From contig JAVVFV010000005.1 in assembly GCA_039889305.1 (NCBI GenBank), positions 21,358 through 85,357 on the forward strand: a stretch of 64,000 nucleotides of DNA. Reading direction: 5' to 3'. Shown here piece after piece: positions 58,074 to 64,000 of this stretch. The stretch's first letter is position 1; every line of letters starts with the position of its first letter. This DNA is from Candidatus Zestomicrobium tamdykulense (lineage in GTDB: Archaea > Thermoproteota > Thermoprotei_A > Sulfolobales > NBVN01). Position numbers and translations under genes: made by a program. Under the pieces are notes generated by a model, which did not search any database, was not told where the DNA came from, and saw nothing but the letters and a program-made list of their open reading frames with translations.

Positions 58074-58806
58074 AGTAACTCAACTTACTCCTTGAAGGGA
58101 ACCTCAGCTCAAGACATATGGGTAGGTCATTATCTACCATGACAACCACTTCATCACTTGACTTGATAGGTTTCTTCATGTACGATAAGTAGTCAATACT
58201 GTAAGATACCTCAAACCCCGGATGCTTCACGTCAGCCTCCCTGAGAACACCTCTCTCGAGACTCAACACTACCTCAGCCTCACCTAGGTCGCCAACAGAC
58301 TTAAGCACCAGCGTAGACTCATCACCACTTACTCTGAGTACGTCACCCATTTTCTCGATGCTTGCTAGTGCTTCGTGGAGCATGTCACTGCCGAGCACAT
58401 ACTTATTCTGATACTCTAGTTCTAGGCTCGGGATTTCCTCGTGCACTATCTCAAGCCTGAGAGGCATCTTGAACATCCTCGTCACTATGCCGTCAGAGAA
58501 TTCTATTCTTATGCTGTCTTCCGAGAAAGACATCGAGAGTTTATCAGCTTTCCCAGCACTCTTAAGTATCTTGCTTAAGTCCTCCATACTTAAGTAAATT
58601 GTTTTCTCGGTTGCTAACTCGTAAGACTCGAAAGCTTCTTTAGGGATATAGAACTCTATCATGGCGGTTCTTGAGGGGTCTATTGCTCTTATGTAGAGAG
58701 CGTCTGGCTTAAGCATGAAGACTCCTGACTCACTAAACTTGCCAGTAGCTTCTATTACGTGAGACCACACTCTAGCGTCAGGAGCCGTGAAACTCAAATC
58801 TAACAC
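58051..58806 (-). CDS. pcn: DNA polymerase sliding clamp (PCNA)
   Basis: DARVWSHVIEATGKFSESGVFMLKPDALYIRAIDPSRTAMIEF is typical PCNA. The GTG at 58806 gives about 251 aa. It overlaps priS by 23 nt. Confidence 0.88.
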   Translation of the reverse strand: MLDLSFTAPDARVWSHVIEATGKFSESGVFMLKPDALYIRAIDPSRTAMIEFYIPKEAFESYELATEKTIYLSMEDLSKILKSAGKADKLSMSFSEDSIRIEFSDGIVTRMFKMPLRLEIVHEEIPSLELEYQNKYVLGSDMLHEALASIEKMGDVLRVSGDESTLVLKSVGDLGEAEVVLSLERGVLREADVKHPGFEVSYSIDYLSYMKKPIKSSDEVVVMVDNDLPICLELRFPSRSKLSYYVAPRTE

Positions 58807-58869
58807 CAGAAATAATGATGCCACAAACAAATAAAAATTAGAATTAAGCATTAAAGGTTAGGTGATGGG

Positions 58870-59445
58870 ATGAGGTTAAAAAATATTAGTAGGTTGAGGC
58901 TTGTTCCAGGAGATGAGGTCTGCGTCGTTGAGGAGTTCCTGCCTGGTAGAGGGACTTACGAGGTGGAGGGTAGGGTAAGGTCTGCTGTTATAGGGTATCC
59001 TGTGGTTAATCTAGACTCAAGAGTAGTTGAGGTTAAGTGTGTCAATAATAAGGTTCGCTTACCAGCTGTGGGTGTTGTTGTTTACGGTTTAGTTACTTCT
59101 ATGAAGGAAGACTACGCGTTAATTAAGATCTTCAGTGACTCTAAGTGTGTTAAGTACTCTACTCCATTTACTGGGATCCTCCACGTTTCTCAAATACATG
59201 ACAAATACGTGAAGAGTATCCATGATTTCGTTAAGCCTGGAGACCTGCTTAAAGCACGAGTAGTTTCGGAGAACCCGCCCTACCACCTCAGCATTAAAGA
59301 ACGCCAACTAGGTGTTGCTGTTGCGTACTGTAGTGTCTGCGGGGTTGAGTTAATTAAGCAGGGCAACGTACTCACTTGCCCTAACTGTAAGTCTGTTGAG
59401 AGTAGGAAGATATCTTCCGAGTACGGGTTTCTCAAATGTGTTTAA
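58870..59445 (+). CDS. csl4: Exosome complex RNA-binding subunit Csl4
   Basis: VPGDEVCVVEEFLPG N-domain, S1 domain (GILHVSQIHDKYV..PGDLLKARV), and zinc ribbon CSVCG..CPNC. Confidence 0.85.
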   Translation: MRLKNISRLRLVPGDEVCVVEEFLPGRGTYEVEGRVRSAVIGYPVVNLDSRVVEVKCVNNKVRLPAVGVVVYGLVTSMKEDYALIKIFSDSKCVKYSTPFTGILHVSQIHDKYVKSIHDFVKPGDLLKARVVSENPPYHLSIKERQLGVAVAYCSVCGVELIKQGNVLTCPNCKSVESRKISSEYGFLKCV

Positions 59446-59476
59446 GTGAATTACGATTCTGAGGAAGAAGTAAATT

Positions 59477-59707
59477 ATGTGTCCACACACAGCTAAGATC
59501 TCACTACAATGTTCTTCTATGAGTGAGTGCTTAGAATTAGCTGAAGCCATAACTAGGATCAGGGGGTTAAGAGCCCCTTTAATTAAGCATAGGATAAAGA
59601 AGACTTCTGTTGAGGTCACTATAGTAGGTAGTTTGACGGAAATAGCTCTGACTAAGAGATTAATAATCAAGACATATGAGCAAGTTAAGAAGAAAACTAA
59701 TGACTAA
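59477..59707 (+). CDS. Small protein, possibly KEOPS subunit Pcc1
   Basis: 76 aa, located between csl4 and rpoL. The assignment rests on size and neighbourhood only. Confidence 0.35.
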   Translation: MCPHTAKISLQCSSMSECLELAEAITRIRGLRAPLIKHRIKKTSVEVTIVGSLTEIALTKRLIIKTYEQVKKKTND

Positions 59708-59767
59708 ATACTTAATTAAAACTTTATTAGGTTTGCGTGGAAGGTGGTTTATAGAGGGATGAAGTGA

Positions 59768-60052
59768 GTGAATGTGAAGATACGTAGATACGCTGATAAG
59801 GAATTAGTTTTAGAGATTGAGGGAGAAGACCATACTTTAGCTAACCTCCTAGCTAAGTCTGCTTTAAGTAATCCGCACACGAAACTAGCTACCTACGTTA
59901 TTGAGCACCCCCTAATAGGTACCCCGATCCTCAGGATAGTTACTGACGGTACTGATCCACTCCAGGTTCTTAAAGAAGTAGTGAGTAGTGCTAGGGAGGA
60001 TACTGAGCAAGTACTTAAAGTAGTCAGTAAAGCTTTAGGTGTGGAAGAGTAG
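59768..60052 (+). CDS. rpoL: DNA-directed RNA polymerase subunit L (Rpo11)
   Basis: LEIEGEDHTLANLL signature, 94 aa. Confidence 0.88.
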   Translation: MNVKIRRYADKELVLEIEGEDHTLANLLAKSALSNPHTKLATYVIEHPLIGTPILRIVTDGTDPLQVLKEVVSSAREDTEQVLKVVSKALGVEE

Positions 60053-60079
60053 AGAATTCTCTCCTGCAGCGCTAACGGT

Positions 60080-60373
60080 GTGATATTGAAGAAAGAAGCT
60101 AGAGTGTTAGTGTATGAGCTTATGAGGTGTCGTGACGGCAAAGAATACGTAGCTTACTTGATAATGAGGGGGGCTTTCTCCGTAGAACATGTTGGTTTGC
60201 TTGAGGGCGGTTCAGACTCACTAACTAGGTTTATTTCTGGATCCAGTATTGGTAGGAGTGTTAGAGTCGTGACACGCGTTGAGGAATTAGGGAAGACTAG
60301 CTCAGGAGGTTTAGTAGAATATATCGAATTCATTAAGAAGTTTTTCATGGAAGTATATAAGCTAATGTGTTGA
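60080..60373 (+). CDS. Hypothetical protein (97 aa)
   Basis: ORF only. I recognise no motif. Confidence 0.35.
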   Translation: MILKKEARVLVYELMRCRDGKEYVAYLIMRGAFSVEHVGLLEGGSDSLTRFISGSSIGRSVRVVTRVEELGKTSSGGLVEYIEFIKKFFMEVYKLMC

Positions 60374-60404
60374 ATAATCCTAATAGCTGGGAGAGGTAAA
60401 AACT

Positions 60405-60749
60405 ATGTCGTATTTTTGCCCTAAGTGTGGATCCTTGATGACTTCCAAGAAAGAGAGCGGTAAGACGGTGTTGGTGTGCCCTAGATGCGGTTATAGGAAG
60501 GAATCATCACCGCAAGACAAGAAACCAACACTCTCTAAGAAGATAACTCATAGTGAGAAAGAGAAGCTGTATGTTATATCGTCAGAAGACACCATGAAAT
60601 CAATACCTAGGGTTAAAGGCGTTAAATGTCCTAAGTGCGGTAATGATGAAGCATTCTACTACGTGATGCAGACTAGAAGAGCTGACGAGCCACCGACAAG
60701 ATTTTATAAGTGTACTAAGTGTGGGCATACCTGGAGAGAATACGAGTAA
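60405..60749 (+). CDS. tfs: Transcription factor S (TFS; RPB9/TFIIS-like)
   Basis: N-terminal ribbon CPKCG..CPRCG, and C-terminal ribbon CPKCG..QTRRADEP..CTKCG. Confidence 0.88.
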   Translation: MSYFCPKCGSLMTSKKESGKTVLVCPRCGYRKESSPQDKKPTLSKKITHSEKEKLYVISSEDTMKSIPRVKGVKCPKCGNDEAFYYVMQTRRADEPPTRFYKCTKCGHTWREYE

Positions 60750-60801
60750 ATAACACTACTTGGTGAGGGTGGTGATTACTTTTTCGTCGGTGCTCTAGAT
60801 T

Positions 60802-61446
60802 ATGAGGAGGATATCTAGGAAGTGGTTAGGGATTGTTGTTTCTGGGGTGCCGGACTTCAAGATACCTAAGGAGGAGTTAGAACAATACGTGACTCCTGCT
60901 GACATAGTTGCTGATTTAGTGTGGTCTGCTTTCATGGCTGGCGATATTGAGGGTCGCGTGGTGCATGACTTAGGGTGTGGTACGGGTAGGTTAGCACTAG
61001 CTTCATCCATGCTTAACTCTAAATACGTAGTATGTAGTGACGTGGATGAGGATGCGCTCAGTATTGCTAGTGAGGTCTTGATGGAAGGCTCACCCATACC
61101 GTACGATTTAGTTTTAGCAGACTTGAGGGAAGCACCACCTTTCCGAAGCAGTGATTGCGTGGTCGTGATGAACCCGCCTTTCGGTGTTAAGTCTAGGGGT
61201 GCGGACATAGACTTCCTCAAGACAGCCTTAACTACTTGCAGTACTGTGTACTCTATACATAAATTGAGTGAAGGTTTTCGTGAGGTGTTGGAGGAAGTTA
61301 TGAGGAGTCTTAACTCAAGATGCGATGTGTTGAAGATTATTAAATTCCCTTTGAGAGCTTCTTTAAGTAAGCATAGGAAGAAAGTAGTGCTTATTGACTC
61401 GGTAATTGTTAGGGCGTCACGCAATATAAAAGACCCCTTAACTTAA
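60802..61446 (+). CDS. SAM-dependent methyltransferase (COG2263/METTL5-like predicted RNA methylase)
   Basis: DLGCGTGRL (motif I), DVDEDAL, and MNPPFG (motif IV). Confidence 0.78.
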   Translation: MRRISRKWLGIVVSGVPDFKIPKEELEQYVTPADIVADLVWSAFMAGDIEGRVVHDLGCGTGRLALASSMLNSKYVVCSDVDEDALSIASEVLMEGSPIPYDLVLADLREAPPFRSSDCVVVMNPPFGVKSRGADIDFLKTALTTCSTVYSIHKLSEGFREVLEEVMRSLNSRCDVLKIIKFPLRASLSKHRKKVVLIDSVIVRASRNIKDPLT

Positions 61447-61582
61447 GTCTAGTAGATGATGTGTTTGCCGAGTACTGAGAGATGATGTTGGGACAAAAAC
61501 TGAGTCTTTCTGAAGTTCTCCTAACTTCATACTTAGTTTAGGGTTTTACTGTTTTTAAATCCGATACATTAAATATTCTTAT

Positions 61583-62974
61583 ATGGTGTTGGGTGTGGTT
61601 TGGTCTACTCTGAAGGTACTACGTGAGAACCCTGACTTGATGAGGGATGTGTTGAGGAAGAGGTTTATGGATGTTTCTTTAGTTGATAAGTTTATGGAGC
61701 TAGATAAGGAGTGGAGGAAGACTCAGACAGAGCTTAATAAGTTGAGGCATAAGCACAACTTAATAAGTTCTAAGATTGCTAACCTACCTCAAGAGGAGAG
61801 AGAGGCTGCTTTAGCTGAAGCTAGGGAATTACTCAACAAAATATCTGAGATGGAGAAGAAGCTTGACGAGATAGAGAAGGAGAGGAACTTAGTACTTGAT
61901 AGGATGCCTTCACTGCTTCATGAGTCGGTTCCCGTAGGCCCTGACGAGAGCTATAATGTTGTGGTGCGTGTCTGGGGTAAAGCTAAGGTTCAGCAAGAGC
62001 ACTTGAATGACTTCCTTAAGGAGACTGAGGGTAAGGGTGTTAGAATGGATTACGAAGTAGTTAATAAGGAGTTTATGGGTCATGCTGATATCCTAGAGTA
62101 CGTGCTCAGGCTTGGTGACACAATTAAGGCTGGGGAGGTTGCTGGGTCTAGGTTTTACTACTTATTTGATGATATTGTGTGGCTTGACCTAGCTCTACTT
62201 TCTTACGCTATGGACTACTTAACCAGTAAGGGTTTCGTCCTGGTTCTGCCTCCCTACATGCTTAGAGGGAAGTATATGGAGGCGGTGGAGGAATTCACAG
62301 CGTTTAAAGACGCTTTATACAAGATTAATGGTGAGGATCTCTACTTAATAGCTACTGCTGAGCACCCATTAGCAGCTCTACACGCTGGTGAAGTAATACC
62401 TGAGGAGGAGTTACCCAGACTCTACGTAGGTGTTAGTCCCTGCTTCAGGAAGGAAGCTGGGGCTGCTAGCAGAGATATTAAAGGGATATTCAGAGTTCAT
62501 CAATTCCATAAGGTTGAGCAGTTTGCTTACACGATGCCTGAGCAGTCTTGGGAGGTATTCAATCTCTTAATACAGAATGCTGAGGAACTCTATAAAGGTC
62601 TTGAAATACCTTACAGGGTAGTCAACATAGCTTCCGGAGAACTCAACTTAAGAGCAGCAATGAAGTATGATCTAGAAGCTTGGTATCCTGCTCAAGGTAA
62701 GTTCAGAGAGTTAGTGAGTTGTAGTAACGTTCTTGACTGGCAAGCATACAGGCTAAACATAAAGTACATGAAGAGGAAAGGAATGATTAGAGATTACCTA
62801 CACATGCTTAACTCAACAGCTATAGCAAGCACGAGAACAATAACAGCTATCTTAGAAAATCACCAAAACGATGACGGCACCGTCACGATACCGAAGACTC
62901 TTAGGAAGTACCTGGAGGTCTTCACTAAAGCACCTAAGGATTACATACACCCAGCAAGAAAAGAAAAACAGTGA
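61583..62974 (+). CDS. serS: Seryl-tRNA synthetase
   Basis: N-terminal coiled coil, and class II motifs FRKEAG, GIFRVHQFHKVEQF and NSTAIA. Confidence 0.93.
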   Translation: MVLGVVWSTLKVLRENPDLMRDVLRKRFMDVSLVDKFMELDKEWRKTQTELNKLRHKHNLISSKIANLPQEEREAALAEARELLNKISEMEKKLDEIEKERNLVLDRMPSLLHESVPVGPDESYNVVVRVWGKAKVQQEHLNDFLKETEGKGVRMDYEVVNKEFMGHADILEYVLRLGDTIKAGEVAGSRFYYLFDDIVWLDLALLSYAMDYLTSKGFVLVLPPYMLRGKYMEAVEEFTAFKDALYKINGEDLYLIATAEHPLAALHAGEVIPEEELPRLYVGVSPCFRKEAGAASRDIKGIFRVHQFHKVEQFAYTMPEQSWEVFNLLIQNAEELYKGLEIPYRVVNIASGELNLRAAMKYDLEAWYPAQGKFRELVSCSNVLDWQAYRLNIKYMKRKGMIRDYLHMLNSTAIASTRTITAILENHQNDDGTVTIPKTLRKYLEVFTKAPKDYIHPARKEKQ

Positions 62975-62975
62975 G

Positions 62976-63299
62976 TTATTCTTCCTCACTACTCAAGGCT
63001 AACTTCCTGTACATGTTCAGCATAGCTTTATCTTTGTCTTCCTCCTTAATATGTATTGCTTTGTTGTAGAGTTCTTTCAGTTCCTCATCGCTTGCGTAGT
63101 CTAGTGGTGATTTCTCGTAGTTTGCTTTGCTCCACCTAACGTACAGAGAATCCAGTATTTCCTGAACTCTCTGGTCTGAGTAGAAAGCTATTTTCTTCCA
63201 CACGTCGTCTGTCTCGTCAATCATGTAGGTTAGTTCTTTTATCATTTTATCTCTCTTCACCATAATACGCCACCCACTCTTTATATTGTTTGAAGACAA
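62976..63299 (-). CDS. Hypothetical protein (107 aa)
   Basis: ORF with protein-like composition. Confidence 0.45.
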   Translation of the reverse strand: MSSNNIKSGWRIMVKRDKMIKELTYMIDETDDVWKKIAFYSDQRVQEILDSLYVRWSKANYEKSPLDYASDEELKELYNKAIHIKEEDKDKAMLNMYRKLALSSEEE

Positions 63300-63306
63300 T
63301 TAAATA

Positions 63307-64000
63307 ATGATGAGTGAAAACATTTATAAGAAGGTAATTGAGTATCTTAAAACAAATCCTGGAGCCATGCCTAGAGAGATAGCTGACGCTCTAGGAGTCT
63401 CTATAGGTATGGTTAGGATAGCTCTTCTTAGGTTGAGAGAGTTGGGGTACGTAGTTAGGTCTGGTAAGGGGGGTTACGTAGTTAAGTCGAGTAGTGGAGA
63501 CCTAGAAACACGTAAGTACGCTGATATCGACGCTTACGAGAAACCGCGAAAGCAGGTCAGGGAGGAAGTCAGTACGCAGGTTGAGAGAGACTTAAGCACT
63601 CTGAAGGAGTACCTTAACACAGAAATCAGTAGGTTGAGGAGTGAGGTTGGTGAGTTAAGGAAGATTGTTGAATCTTTGAGTGATAGGGTCAGTAAGGTTG
63701 AGGCTGAGTTCACGCTCCTCATGAAGTCTCTCAAGCCTGAGAAGAAAGCTAAGGAAGAAGTTAGTGAGGTTGGTGGGGACGTGATAATGAGGGTTGATGT
63801 AGCTAGGAACCGCGGAATCTCAGTAGATTCTCTTGTTAGGTCAGGTAACTACGTGATAGTAAGTAATTACGTAGTTTTGCAGTCTTTCATGGATGAATTC
63901 AAGAAGAGATTCCCTATCTCACTGAGAGATGTTAGGAACCTGACAAGTGAGGAGAGAGAATTACTGAATGCTATGGTGTCTGAGGGTTTGGCGTATCTGC
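63307..64000 (+). CDS. Winged-helix + coiled-coil protein, 3' end outside window (absent from the ORF track)
   Basis: My own translation is open from ATG 63307 to the window end: MMSENIYKKVIEYLKTNPGAMPREIADALGVSIGMVRIALLRLRELGYVVRSG..., followed by a heptad-like region. The minus-strand track ORF 63534-63734 is antisense to it. Confidence 0.6.
   Translation, partial: MMSENIYKKVIEYLKTNPGAMPREIADALGVSIGMVRIALLRLRELGYVVRSGKGGYVVKSSSGDLETRKYADIDAYEKPRKQVREEVSTQVERDLSTLKEYLNTEISRLRSEVGELRKIVESLSDRVSKVEAEFTLLMKSLKPEKKAKEEVSEVGGDVIMRVDVARNRGISVDSLVRSGNYVIVSNYVVLQSFMDEFKKRFPISLRDVRNLTSEERELLNAMVSEGLAYL

Noticed and set aside
60795-61424. A 209-aa minus-strand ORF, almost as long as the plus-strand gene it overlaps.
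   Set aside because: The plus strand carries clear SAM-methyltransferase motifs (DLGCGTG, NPPFG). The minus-strand product is Ser/Leu/Thr-rich and low in complexity, as is typical of an antisense shadow ORF.

Overview
This window looks like chromosomal DNA from a hyperthermophilic crenarchaeon, judged from its gene content. The backbone is densely packed housekeeping genes. They include trm1, fibrillarin and Nop5, ribosomal protein S30e, gatD and gatE, iorA and iorB, pyrG, nnr, reverse gyrase, FBP aldolase/phosphatase, tpiA, GGGP synthase and a complete A-type ATPase operon in the order H-I-K-E-C-F-A-B-D. They also include the CCA-adding enzyme, LigT, a Gins15-PriS-PCNA replisome cluster, Csl4, RpoL, TFS and serS. 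Four tRNA genes are present: Leu-CAG and Pro-GGG (both with introns), Arg-UCU and Thr-CGU. Two things interrupt this backbone. (1) An integrated element of about 11.7 kb (22240-33882) sits in the 5' end of tRNA-Arg(UCU) and is bounded by a perfect 17-bp direct repeat. It carries a frameshifted tyrosine integrase and a five-gene secreted/membrane cluster, in which two paralogous proteins end in very Cys-rich hydrophobic tails and one is fused to a rhodanese domain. It also carries a full-length RadA and ParB-like operon, and a translationally coupled pair of a HEPN-motif protein and an RNase HIII-like protein. (2) About 400 bp beyond the element's right end is a perfect 56-bp inverted repeat flanking a 131-bp AT-rich spacer. 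Each arm contains an Orc1-binding ORB-like sequence (TCCAGTGGAAACAGAGGGGT plus a G-run), so I call it a putative replication origin. A decayed glnA pseudogene lies next to tRNA-Leu. No CRISPR array or rRNA gene was seen. All functional calls come from motif recognition by eye in the supplied translations. No database search was run.
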